Below, one piece after another: positions 40,632-50,136 of a DNA stretch of 64,000 nucleotides. This DNA comes from an uncultured Gemmatimonadales bacterium (lineage in GTDB: Bacteria > Gemmatimonadota > Gemmatimonadetes > Gemmatimonadales > Gemmatimonadaceae): contig CAWKMU010000004.1 of assembly GCA_963850905.1 (NCBI GenBank), positions 384,001 through 448,000 of the forward strand, given 5' to 3'. Numbering within the stretch: the first letter of the stretch is position 1; every line of letters starts with the position of its first letter. The position numbers and the translations under genes are program-made. The notes beneath the pieces were generated by a model. It had not been told where the DNA came from, made no database searches, and was given only the letters and a program-made list of their open reading frames with translations.

Positions 40632-42323
40632 ATGATGACAACGACCAACGTGCTCGGCATTCACCACGTGACCGCAATCGCCAGCGACCCCCAGCGCAAT
40701 CTCGATTTCTACGCTGGTGTGCTCGGTTTGCGGCTGGTCAAGCGAACTGTCAACTTCGACGACCCCGAGACGTACCATCTCTACTTCGGTGACGAGGTCG
40801 GCCACCCGGGCAGCATCATGACGTTTTTCCCATGGCCTGGCGCGAGACGAGGGCGTCAGGGGACGGGCCAGGTCGCCGTCACATCGTTTGCCGTTGTCCC
40901 GAGCGCGCTTGGATTCTGGATCGAACGCTTCATCGCGCACGCCGTCAACTACGAAGGACCGACCCGCCGGCTCATGGGCACGCAGTCCGAGCAGGTCATC
41001 GCATTCAAGGACCCGGACGGTCTGATGCTCGAGATCGTCGCGCACCCCAGCGCGGAGGGCCGCCCAGCGTGGGCTGCGCCCGGTATCCTCTTGGAGCGAG
41101 CGATCCACGGGTTCTACAGTGTGACGCTGTGGGCGGAGAATCGAGACGACACAGAGCGAGTGCTGGAGATGCTCGGCTTTCGCTCAGTCCACGAAGAGGG
41201 TAGTACTCGACGCTTCGCCGTTGGCGATGCCGGTCCGGGCACCCTGGTCGATGTGCGAAGCCTCAGCGGCTTCTTTCGCGGCGTCGGTGGCGCGGGGACA
41301 GTTCACCATGTGGCCTGGCGCGTGAGCGACGACGATGCGCAGATCGGGGCGCGTGAGCAAGTAACCAACGCGAGCCTGCATCCGACCCCGGTGATCGATC
41401 GCGAGTATTTCAAATCAGTATATTTTCGCGAGCCTGGCGGCGTGCTGTTCGAGCTGGCGACGGACCCCCCGGGATTCACGGTCGACGAGCCGGTCGACCG
41501 ACTCGGCGAGCGGCTGATGTTGCCGCCCCAATTCGAGACGCGCCGAGCGGAGATCGAGGCAGTTCTTCCTCCGATTCATTTTCCAGTCTCTGCGTCGACT
41601 GCCGCTGTATTTGCCAACGCCACCGGTCCGGAGGATGTGAGTGGCGACGCACTGGGGTTCGTGCACCGGTACGTGCCCCCGACTGCCGGCGCCGCAGTGT
41701 CCGGTAGTACCACCCTGTTGCTGCTGCACGGCACCGGAGGAGACGAAGACGACCTGATTCCTCTGGGGCGCGCGTTGCTCCCGGGCGCCGGGATGCTGAG
41801 TCCACGGGGCAATGTCCTCGAGAACGGGGCGCCGCGGTTTTTCCGGCGCATAGCCGAGGGCGTGTTCGACCAAGAGGACTTGGCTCGCCGGACCGACGAG
41901 CTTGCGACATTCATCACTGCGGCTGCGCAGACATACCAGCTCGATCGCGACGGCATCGTTGCCGTTGGTTTCTCCAACGGCGCCAACATCGCCGCGAGTC
42001 TGCTCTTCCGTCACCCGGGCCTGTTGCACGCCGCTGTCCTACTCAGTCCGATGATGCCGTTCGAGCCCGAGACGCTCCCGGATCTCGCAGGAACGACAGT
42101 GTTCATCGGCGCTGGTCGCTCGGATCCCATCGCGCCACCGGCCCAGGCCGAACGCCTCGCGCAACGCCTGCGGGATGCCGGTGCGGCCGTGACCCTCCAC
42201 TGGTCACCAGGCGTTCATACCATCGCCAAGGGCGAACTCAATGCCGCCGCCCATTGGATCGCCCAACACCCCGCAACTCCCGCACGCTCCGCCCACGATC
42301 GGAGCGCACCCGCAGGGTCTTGA
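40632..42323 (+). CDS. Ring-cleaving dioxygenase (MhqO/MhqE-like) fused to alpha/beta hydrolase (MhqD-like)
   Basis: GIHHVTA, VNFDDP, HHVAW, SVYFREPGGVLFELAT; LLHGTGG, GFSNGA. Confidence 0.9.
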   Translation: MMTTTNVLGIHHVTAIASDPQRNLDFYAGVLGLRLVKRTVNFDDPETYHLYFGDEVGHPGSIMTFFPWPGARRGRQGTGQVAVTSFAVVPSALGFWIERFIAHAVNYEGPTRRLMGTQSEQVIAFKDPDGLMLEIVAHPSAEGRPAWAAPGILLERAIHGFYSVTLWAENRDDTERVLEMLGFRSVHEEGSTRRFAVGDAGPGTLVDVRSLSGFFRGVGGAGTVHHVAWRVSDDDAQIGAREQVTNASLHPTPVIDREYFKSVYFREPGGVLFELATDPPGFTVDEPVDRLGERLMLPPQFETRRAEIEAVLPPIHFPVSASTAAVFANATGPEDVSGDALGFVHRYVPPTAGAAVSGSTTLLLLHGTGGDEDDLIPLGRALLPGAGMLSPRGNVLENGAPRFFRRIAEGVFDQEDLARRTDELATFITAAAQTYQLDRDGIVAVGFSNGANIAASLLFRHPGLLHAAVLLSPMMPFEPETLPDLAGTTVFIGAGRSDPIAPPAQAERLAQRLRDAGAAVTLHWSPGVHTIAKGELNAAAHWIAQHPATPARSAHDRSAPAGS

Positions 42324-42332
42324 ACGCGGCCG

Positions 42333-42357
42333 GTAGGGGCGCCGCATTGCGTCGCCC
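42333..42357 (+). repeat. GTAG-REP
   Basis: GTAGGGGCGCCGCATTGCGTCGCCC. Confidence 0.8.
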
Positions 42358-42406
42358 TTCATCGCCGTCCGCACAACGTCACGGGTGTCGCGCCGACCCC
42401 GCCATT

Positions 42407-43360
42407 TCAATCGTGCGCTGTCGACGCCGCGGCCACGTCCGACACGCGCCCGATCTGGCCGCGCTTCTCCAACCGTGCGAGCAGCAAATAGAAGTACAGC
42501 ATGCCCCGCTGTGGCCCGAGTCGGCGCGCAACCGATTCGGCATCGATCCTCCGTTCCACGACGTGGGCGAGACTCGCCGCCACCCCGCTGTCTCCGCCCG
42601 GGAACACATCGAGTCGGCCCAGGCCGCGAAGCAACGTCACCGCTGCGGTCCATGGCCCGATGCCCTTGATTTGCTGCAGGAGCCGGGCAGCCTCGTCGCT
42701 CGTGTGTTCCTCCAGCATGCGCTCCGTGATCACGCCGGTCGAAACGGCATCGGCCGCCCGTCGGAGCGTATCGACCTTGCCAGAGCTCAACCCCAGCGCT
42801 CGCAGCGCCGTTTCGGCCGCGCCGAGCAGGGGTCCGGCACCTGGAAAGACCACGAGCGGCACGCCGTCCCGCACCGTGGTGTCACCCAGCGCCGTCACGA
42901 GGCGGCCCATGATTGCACTTGCCGCATGCACGCTGATTTGCTGGAAGACGATGGCGTTGACGAGGCCCTCCCAGAGGCTCGGATAACGCGGTGGTCTCGT
43001 GCCCGCCATTCGCGTGACGAGCGGCGACAGCCATGCTATGCGCTGGGCCCGGCCGGTGAATTCCGCGACATCGCGATCGACACCGAGCACTCGGCGGACG
43101 ATCGCGAGTAGACCGCTCTCCACGCCGCTGAATGCCACAGACAATGAAGCGGGGCCGTCCTGCCAAACACAGACCACGACCGGGCCGGTCGGCCCGGGTA
43201 GTGCCCGCAGATAGCGACCGTCCGCGGTGTAGATGTCGACTAGATTGGTCGATAGCCGCCGCAGCACGCTGACTGTAAGATCGAGTCGGTACGGCGCGGC
43301 CACTGGAATGTCGTGTCGCGCGCAGGTCGGAATCGGAGCATCGATCGACGAATGAGGCAT
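42407..43360 (-). CDS. AlkA-family DNA-3-methyladenine glycosylase (HhH-GPD)
   Basis: IVFQQIS, IKGIGPWTA, DVFPGGD. Confidence 0.88.
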   Translation of the reverse strand: MPHSSIDAPIPTCARHDIPVAAPYRLDLTVSVLRRLSTNLVDIYTADGRYLRALPGPTGPVVVCVWQDGPASLSVAFSGVESGLLAIVRRVLGVDRDVAEFTGRAQRIAWLSPLVTRMAGTRPPRYPSLWEGLVNAIVFQQISVHAASAIMGRLVTALGDTTVRDGVPLVVFPGAGPLLGAAETALRALGLSSGKVDTLRRAADAVSTGVITERMLEEHTSDEAARLLQQIKGIGPWTAAVTLLRGLGRLDVFPGGDSGVAASLAHVVERRIDAESVARRLGPQRGMLYFYLLLARLEKRGQIGRVSDVAAASTAHD

Positions 43361-43469
43361 GACCGAAGAGATTCCCGTGGGCGGTGTGCGGTTCCGGTGC
43401 GCTGGGTCAGACTCGCGCGGTACAGCGGTGTAGAATGGAAGCTAGCACCGAGTCGCAAGCGAGGAGGTT

Positions 43470-43688
43470 ATGCCGACGAAGCGCTTTAAGAGGGGAGACC
43501 GCGTTTCGTGGAACTCGGAAGCCGGTCGCGTCCGGGGCGTCATCACGCGGATCGTCACGTCGGAGATCGAGTTCAAGGGCTACACCGTCCACGCGAGTAA
43601 AGAAGAGCCGCAGTACGAGATCAAGAGCGAGAAGACCGACCATATCGCGATGCACAAGGGATCGGCGTTGCGTAAGCTCTCGAAATAG
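43470..43688 (+). CDS. DUF2945 (Tudor-like) small protein
   Basis: GAGGAGG RBS; GDRVSWNSEAG...PQYEIKSEKTDHIAMHK. Confidence 0.85.
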   Translation: MPTKRFKRGDRVSWNSEAGRVRGVITRIVTSEIEFKGYTVHASKEEPQYEIKSEKTDHIAMHKGSALRKLSK

Positions 43689-43714
43689 CACCGGCAACGT
43701 TAGGATCGGAGACT

Positions 43715-44302
43715 ATGCCGACCGATGCGCGGGCGGACCTCGAGACACTGACATTTGGCAACCAGAAGGCGTGGGAGAAGTGGTTGAGGGCCAACCACCT
43801 TTCATCGCCAGGCGTCTGGGTCCGATTCGCCAGAGCGTCGAGCAGTAACCAGTCGGTGACGTACAGCGAGGCAATGGAAGTCGCTCTGTGTTACGGATGG
43901 ATCGACGGCCAGCGACGCAGCCACACCGCCAGCACGTGGCTGCTGAAATTCACACCTCGTGGCAAGAAGAGCATCTGGTCGAAGATCAATCGAGAGAAAG
44001 CGATGGCACTCATCGAGGGCGGCCGCATGCGCGAAGCCGGGCTGGAGGCCGTCGAGAGCGCGAAGGCGGACGGTCGCTGGGCCCAGGCCTACGACTCGCC
44101 GCGCACCGCGAAAGTGCCGCCGGACCTCCAAGCTGCGCTCGACGCGAATGCGCGCGCCAAGGCTTTCTTCGCCACTCTCGAAAGCCGCAATCGCTACGCG
44201 ATCTTGTGGCGAGTGCAAACAGCGAAACTGGCGGCCACACGTGCCAAGCGCATCGCGCACCTGGTCGCCATGCTGGAACGCGGGGAAAAGGTGCATCCCT
44301 GA
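43715..44302 (+). CDS. YdeI/OmpD-associated family protein
   Basis: ALCYGWIDG, SIWSKIN, VPPDL, TRAKRI. Confidence 0.9.
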   Translation: MPTDARADLETLTFGNQKAWEKWLRANHLSSPGVWVRFARASSSNQSVTYSEAMEVALCYGWIDGQRRSHTASTWLLKFTPRGKKSIWSKINREKAMALIEGGRMREAGLEAVESAKADGRWAQAYDSPRTAKVPPDLQAALDANARAKAFFATLESRNRYAILWRVQTAKLAATRAKRIAHLVAMLERGEKVHP

Positions 44303-44503
44303 CGAAACGATACCTGCGCGCCCATCTGCACCAAGTGTCCGTCCCACCTCCGTCGCACCGGGCGGAAAAGCGAGTGGCGTGACATCAACGGCTGACCTCG
44401 CCAATCGAGCGCGATACCCCGGGCACAGCGGCGCGTTCGCCTGCTGGTCGATTGCGCTAGATTGGTCGGCACCCAATCGACGCGCTCACAGGAGGAGAAA
44501 TCC

Positions 44504-45097
44504 ATGGCCCGCACCGTTACGCCGCGCCGCGGCGTCCGCACCGTTCCCCAGCGAGCAGCGGAGCCTGCGCCCAGCGAGGCTCGGCTCTATCGGACGAAGA
44601 ATGACCTGCCGGAACCCGATCGCGCGGAAGTGATCGACCTGCTCAATCAGCGGCTGGCCGATTGCATCAACCTCCAGACGCAGTGCAAGCAGGCGCATTG
44701 GAATGTGAAGGGGCCGACGTTCATCGCCCTCCATAAGCTCTTCGACGAGATCAATGAGTCAGTCGAAGAGTACATCGACCTGATTGCCGAGCGCATTGTG
44801 CAGCTGGGTGGTGTGGCGTATGGCACCGCGGCCGTGGTGGCAGCCCGATCGACGCTGCCCGAGTATTCGCTCGTGCTCTCGACCGGCGCCGAACACGTGG
44901 CGGCCTTGTCGGACGCACTGGCCGCCTTCGGTCGCACCGCGCGACACGGCATTGACGAGATGGACGACCTCGACGACGCGGACAGCGCCGATATTCTTAC
45001 GGAGATCTCCCGCGGGATCGACAAGTGGCTGTGGTTCGTCGAAGCGCACGAGCAACGCTCCGACTCCGGCGTCGGCCTCCCCGGCCGCCGAGACTAG
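44504..45097 (+). CDS. dps: DNA protection during starvation protein
   Basis: KQAHWNVKGPTFIALHKLFDE, DLIAER, DKWLWFVEAH; GGAGGAG RBS. Confidence 0.95.
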   Translation: MARTVTPRRGVRTVPQRAAEPAPSEARLYRTKNDLPEPDRAEVIDLLNQRLADCINLQTQCKQAHWNVKGPTFIALHKLFDEINESVEEYIDLIAERIVQLGGVAYGTAAVVAARSTLPEYSLVLSTGAEHVAALSDALAAFGRTARHGIDEMDDLDDADSADILTEISRGIDKWLWFVEAHEQRSDSGVGLPGRRD

Positions 45098-45133
45098 CGC
45101 GACTAGAGGCAGCACCCCGAACACAGTTGCGCA

Positions 45134-45428
45134 ATTCGGGGTTCGGGATCAGAGATTGTCGGCGACGCGACACGTCGGTCGTGCATTGCGACTCGCGGTC
45201 CACGCCGAGATGTAGGGGCGGCATCCATGCCGCCCCTCTCTCTTCTCTCTCGTCTCTCCTTTCTCCTCTCTACGTCGGCCGCCCAGCGGCCGACGTCGCA
45301 ACACGCCACCGGCTCTTTGCGTTTGACATAATCCCCAATCCCGAGTGCCGAATCTCAAGTCCCGGTCATTGTCTCCTCTCTCCTTTCCCCTTTCTCCTCT
45401 CTACGTCGGCCGCGAAGCGGCCGACGTT
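45134..45428. repeat. Nested repeat cluster: heptamer-armed IR (45134-45353), REP variant (45212), two CT-heptamer + ACGTCGGCCGC hairpin units
   Basis: Direct reading. Confidence 0.75.
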
Positions 45429-45487
45429 CGCCGACGTCGACCTAGGTCCACTAGTGGCGCTTGTCTGGACCGTCTAGTCTGGTGATC

Positions 45488-46012
45488 ATGCGCAAACCAC
45501 TCATACTCGTCGCGCTGGCGATCGCTGCGTGCTCGACTTTGCAGACTCACGCCGATTGGGACCCCGCGGCCAATTTCAGCACCTTCCACACGTATCAGTG
45601 GAAGGACGCCACTCCGCTCAAGAACCAACTGCTCGATCAACGGATCGTGCAATCGATCAATCAACAGCTCGCCGCGAAGGGGCTGCGACAGGTCGATTCC
45701 GGGGGGGACCTCTTCGTGACGTACCACGGCTCGGTCAGCGAGCAGTTGAACATGACGACGACCGGATACGGGTACGGCATGGGCGGCTGGTATGGCCCGG
45801 GCTTCGGTGGCGTTGGCGTCCAGAACACGACCGTGCAGCAAATCCCAATCGGGACGCTGGTCGTGGACCTGGTCGATGTGAAGACCAACCAGATGGTGTG
45901 GCGCAGCACCGCGTCCGACGATCTCAAGCAGTCGGACAATCCACAGCAGGCGCAAGACCGGGTCGACAACGCCGTCAAGGCGATGTTCTCGAGGTGGCCG
46001 ACCAAGAGTTGA
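45488..46012 (+). CDS. DUF4136 lipoprotein
   Basis: Lipobox IAAC; GTLVVDLVD...MVWRS. Confidence 0.88.
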   Translation: MRKPLILVALAIAACSTLQTHADWDPAANFSTFHTYQWKDATPLKNQLLDQRIVQSINQQLAAKGLRQVDSGGDLFVTYHGSVSEQLNMTTTGYGYGMGGWYGPGFGGVGVQNTTVQQIPIGTLVVDLVDVKTNQMVWRSTASDDLKQSDNPQQAQDRVDNAVKAMFSRWPTKS

Positions 46013-46086
46013 CGACGCGTCGCCAACGCAGCTCCAAGGGGCCTCGCCAATAACGGCGAGGCCCCTTTCGTATGCGCCCCAGCCCC

Positions 46087-46306
46087 GTATGGGCGACGCA
46101 TGTGTCGCCTCTTCCTGCACTGCCCCGCCACTTGCGCCCTCCACCCGAGAGGCGTAAGACACCGCGCGCCGCCCCCTGGGTATCGCACCGCCCGCACCCA
46201 CGCGCTCGACGAGGCGGGTAGGGGCGACGCAGGCGTCGCCCTCCTGCGCCGCCCGCACCCGCACCTGTCACGCGGCGGGGAGGGGCGACACATACATGTC
46301 GCCCCT
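46087..46306 (+). repeat. Three REP variants (46087, 46218, 46279)
   Basis: GGGCGACRCA..TGYGTCGCC hairpins. Confidence 0.75.
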
Positions 46307-46429
46307 CCCCGCCCGCCGTCCGCTCACCCTTGTACCCCTGGTGCGGAATAGCACGAGGGCGAGCGACTCTCGTCGCTCGCCCTCCATTCGTTCCCCGATC
46401 CCCCAACCCTTGGAACCTGCCGCCTGCCT

Positions 46430-47086
46430 TTATTGGCCGTATCCCAACGCGAGCCCGATGCTCAGCCACTGATAGCTGCCAGATTTCTGGTTCGGGAGGA
46501 AACAGCACGCGTTGACCGGCCAGTTGTATCGCGCATAGAGCGATACCGTGCCGCCATTTTGCAACGTGAACCGCATGCCTGCCTGCGGCGCGAGACCAAA
46601 GATCCAGTTGTCGGTCGACAGCGTCGTCGCCGACACCGTGAACGTCTGATACATATAGTAGACGCCCAGGTCCAGACCGATGAACGGCCTGACCCCGTTG
46701 CCACTGTGACTTGCCGCGTAGTAGGTGGCGCCGAAGAGCAGCGGGAACATGTTGAAGTTGCGGTACTGCGTGCCTTGTACGTTTCCCGCGCAGTTGCTTC
46801 CGCAGGTGAAGCCGAGTGGGTTCCCGGTGTTCCAATAGAACTCGTTCCACGCCAGGACGCCGCCCACCGCCAACGTGTTGTTGTAGTTGACGAACTTGCG
46901 GAAGTCGAAGGCGAATCCGATCCAGCTGGTGTTGTCGATGAAGCCTTTCGTAGCAACCGTCGGGATAGACGTGAAGTAGCTGAAGCTTCCGAAGGATTGC
47001 TGCGCCTGTAATGGTCTGGCCGACGGGGTCGCCGCCATCATCGCGGCCAGAGCGGCGCCGACCGCCAGAGATCGTCGCATTGTCAT
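46430..47086 (-). CDS. Outer-membrane beta-barrel protein
   Basis: Signal peptide, PFIGLDLG, FGLAPQAG, terminal amphipathic strand. Confidence 0.75.
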   Translation of the reverse strand: MTMRRSLAVGAALAAMMAATPSARPLQAQQSFGSFSYFTSIPTVATKGFIDNTSWIGFAFDFRKFVNYNNTLAVGGVLAWNEFYWNTGNPLGFTCGSNCAGNVQGTQYRNFNMFPLLFGATYYAASHSGNGVRPFIGLDLGVYYMYQTFTVSATTLSTDNWIFGLAPQAGMRFTLQNGGTVSLYARYNWPVNACCFLPNQKSGSYQWLSIGLALGYGQ

Positions 47087-47724
47087 TGGGCTTTGAGGTA
47101 GGGGGAAGCGTTGAACATCGAGTTAATGCTCGAGCTGATGCCGGAGGCGGTCAGGTTCGACGCTGACAGTAGGCCGACGGACGCCCCAACCCAGATGAGC
47201 GGGAGGCTCGTGCCCGTGATGCCATTGTTGTTGATCATTCCGACGAGCAGCGTCCCCGTGGTGTACGAATAGGGCACGGTGTAGCTCGGGTAGTAATAGC
47301 TGTAGCTCGGGTAGTATCCATACCAGCCCCAGTACGAGCCGTATCCGTAGCTGGCATAACCCGACGTGGTGGTCGTTGTCACCGCCGGCAGCAACACGAC
47401 GTCAGCGGCTTTGGGGTTGCTGACCTCCGTGTAGCCAAGCGATGTCATATTCGTCGCTATCGACGAAAGGATCGTCGAGTTGTACGACGTAGACACGCCA
47501 CTGAGCGATGAACTCGTACTCAGGTAGACGACCGAGTCCGCGAGCGCGAATGTCTTGAACGACCCGAAGGGCGCGCTCTTCGAGTACGCCGTAATGATGC
47601 TCGAGTCGTACGCCGAGCCAGTCGGGTAGCTCGTGTAGCATGCCGCGATGACGGAGCACGCGGCGGCTACGACGAGGAGACGCGCGGACCTACGCCAATT
47701 GGTGCAGACTCTTCCATCACTCAT
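47083..47724 (-). CDS. DUF4136-like lipoprotein
   Basis: Lipobox IAAC; FKTFALAD, Tyr-rich loop, YTTGTLLV, FNASPYL. Confidence 0.8.
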   Translation of the reverse strand: MSDGRVCTNWRRSARLLVVAAACSVIAACYTSYPTGSAYDSSIITAYSKSAPFGSFKTFALADSVVYLSTSSSLSGVSTSYNSTILSSIATNMTSLGYTEVSNPKAADVVLLPAVTTTTTSGYASYGYGSYWGWYGYYPSYSYYYPSYTVPYSYTTGTLLVGMINNNGITGTSLPLIWVGASVGLLSASNLTASGISSSINSMFNASPYLKAQ

Positions 47725-47844
47725 GACAGTCCCCCCTCTCACCGTTTCGCTGATGATTCCCCACCGGGCAGGCCAAGCGTAGTAGATCTTGGTCTAGACC
47801 TCGGTCGCTGATATCGAGACCCTGCACCTAGGTCCACACAACGC

Positions 47845-47887
47845 AGAACGCGCGAACCAACTGGGTCGGTTCGCGCGTTCTCTTTCT
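47845..47887 (+). terminator. Strong hairpin, terminator-like
   Basis: 14-bp stem AGAACGCGCGAACC / GGTTCGCGCGTTCT followed by CTTTCT. Confidence 0.5.
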
Positions 47888-48006
47888 CGTGTCCTGACCC
47901 CTAGACCGTGGAGCTCTCCGTTCTCTTACCGGGCACCGCGACGCTCGAGGGAAAAGTCGCTAACCCGAACATCCCGGAACTCGGGAGCAGAACCAGAATG
48001 CGGAAA

Positions 48007-48672
48007 TCACTGCGGAGCGACTTCTCCCGCCGAAGTCGACGCCTCGCCTGGAGCGGTCTCGACGACGAACGCCACGCGACGGTTCTGCTCAGCGCCCGGA
48101 TCATCGTGCGACGCACTCGGGTTGACGAGACGATCTTTGCCATAGCCGACCGCCCTCACGTGGGTCGAGTCCATGCCCTTCGTCATGAGGTACTGCGCGA
48201 CGGCCTCGGCACGGCGCTGCGACAAGCCCTTGTTGTACGACTTGCTGCCCGCCGGGTCCGTAAAGCCTTCCACCGTGATGACCGACCCACTGTAGTACTT
48301 GTTGACGATTGCCGCGAACCGGTCGAGCATGCCCTGGTCGTTGTCACGGACCGTCGCATCATCGAATGCGAAGTTGACCGGGACGGCGAACCGAATTGCG
48401 CTCCCGACCACGGCGACCGCCGCGTGGAACTGGGTCTTGAGCGAGTCGATCGCTGCCTGTTGCGCAGTGTTTTGGTTGCGCAACTCCTCATCCCCCGCCG
48501 TGCGAGCCGCCACCTCCTTGCTCATCGCCGCGTTCACGGTCGAATCGGTGTACGCGGTGGTGATCTTCTGGCTCGCTAAGATCTGATCTTTCACGAATCC
48601 CTTCGTCGCGCAGGCGGTTATGAGAAATGACGTGAGCGTGAGCGTGACGACGGACTTGTGCCGCATTCTCAT
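48007..48672 (-). CDS. OmpA-domain peptidoglycan-binding lipoprotein
   Basis: Lipobox ITAC; EGFTD, NKGLSQRRA, GYG, NRRV. Confidence 0.92.
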   Translation of the reverse strand: MRMRHKSVVTLTLTSFLITACATKGFVKDQILASQKITTAYTDSTVNAAMSKEVAARTAGDEELRNQNTAQQAAIDSLKTQFHAAVAVVGSAIRFAVPVNFAFDDATVRDNDQGMLDRFAAIVNKYYSGSVITVEGFTDPAGSKSYNKGLSQRRAEAVAQYLMTKGMDSTHVRAVGYGKDRLVNPSASHDDPGAEQNRRVAFVVETAPGEASTSAGEVAPQ

Positions 48673-48836
48673 GGTCTGGTCCTCCGCGAGTCGAGTAGGG
48701 GTGTGCGTTTATCACAACCTACAGAACCCACCGCTGCGTGAAGATGTGGACCAAGGTACCCATGCAGCATGAAATGGGGGGAACCAAAGTCTTCATAGCG
48801 TTACGAATTAGCGTTTGCGCGGACGAGGGTGAGGGC

Positions 48837-49772
48837 GTGTCGGTAGCTGCTGATGTTGAGATGGTCTGGATCCCGCAAACCACGTTCCGGATGGGCTCGG
48901 ATCGGGACTATCCGGAGGAGCGCCCGGTGCACAAAGTCTCGGTCGGCGGCTTTTGGATCGATCGCACGCCAGTGACCAATGCGCGCTTCGCACGGTTCGT
49001 CGCCGCAACACACTACACGACGACCGCAGAGGCCCCGGCCGATCCAACAGCGCCTGCACCCTCACGACCGGACGTACACTTCGCCGGCTCGCTCGTATTC
49101 GTCAAGCCCCAGCGACAGTCGCCCGCCAGCCACTGCTGGCGCATCGTGCGCGGCGCGGATTGGCGACATCCACTCGGGCCCGACAGCACGATCGACGCAC
49201 GCGCACAACACCCGGTCGTGCACGTCACGTATCAGGATGCGGTCGCGTTTGCCATCTGGGTGGGCAAAGACCTTCCCACCGAAGCGGAATGGGAGTGCGC
49301 AGCGCGTGGAGGCCTGGACGGCGCGCCCTATGCGTGGGGCGACCAGTGGACACCCGGCGGACGGTTACAGGCGAACACGTGGCAGGGACAATTCCCGTGG
49401 CTGAACCGCTGCGAGGACGGATGGGAAGGCACTTCTCCCGTCGATGCGTTTCCACCAAATGGGTACGGCGTGCATGACATGATCGGCAACGCGTGGGAGT
49501 GGACGTGCGATTGGTTCCAATTGCGGCACCCGCCGCAGGACTGCCCGTGCCGTGTCATTCCGCACAATCCGGCGGGCGGCCACGAGGCCGGGAGCTACGA
49601 TCCAGATCTCCCGGTGGCCCGGACCCCGCGCAAAGTGCTCAAGGGCGGGTCATACCTCTCCGCACCGAACCACTGCCGCCGCTATCGGCCGGCTGCGCGG
49701 GTGCCTGAAGCCATCGACCGATCGGCCTCTCACGTCGGGTTTCGGTGCATCGTGCGTCGGGAGCAAGCATGA
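48837..49772 (+). CDS. Formylglycine-generating enzyme (SUMF1) family protein
   Basis: LPTEAEWE, ANTWQG, DMIGNAWEW, KGGSYLSAPNHCRRYRPAAR, HVGFRC. Confidence 0.9.
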   Translation: MSVAADVEMVWIPQTTFRMGSDRDYPEERPVHKVSVGGFWIDRTPVTNARFARFVAATHYTTTAEAPADPTAPAPSRPDVHFAGSLVFVKPQRQSPASHCWRIVRGADWRHPLGPDSTIDARAQHPVVHVTYQDAVAFAIWVGKDLPTEAEWECAARGGLDGAPYAWGDQWTPGGRLQANTWQGQFPWLNRCEDGWEGTSPVDAFPPNGYGVHDMIGNAWEWTCDWFQLRHPPQDCPCRVIPHNPAGGHEAGSYDPDLPVARTPRKVLKGGSYLSAPNHCRRYRPAARVPEAIDRSASHVGFRCIVRREQA

Positions 49773-50122
49773 GGGAGCGGGTCGCACGCGCGACTGAACG
49801 GGGGCGACGCGAGCTCGCCACACTGTATCGCCTGCTGCGACACCCCGACACGCCGTGGTCTGTGCGCGCTGTCGCCACCGTCGCGGTCGGCTACGTCCTG
49901 AGCCCGATCCAACTCATCCCCAGCTTCATCCCCATCATCGGACAGCTGGACGACGTGTGCGTCGTCTTTGCAGGCAGCCGGATCATCCGCATGCTCGTGG
50001 ACCCGGCGCTGCTAGCCGAGTGCGCGAACAGCGACGCACCGCCGCCCCCACTGCGGCTCATCGCCGGCGTGGCAGTCATCGGAGCGCTCATCGCCGTGGT
50101 GCTGCGCGTTCACATGATGTGA
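49769..50122 (+). CDS. YkvA/DUF1232 membrane protein
   Basis: HPDTPW, YVLSPIQLIPSFIPIIGQLDD. Confidence 0.85.
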   Translation: MRERVARATERGRRELATLYRLLRHPDTPWSVRAVATVAVGYVLSPIQLIPSFIPIIGQLDDVCVVFAGSRIIRMLVDPALLAECANSDAPPPPLRLIAGVAVIGALIAVVLRVHMM

Positions 50123-50136
50123 TGTGAGCGGCCATC

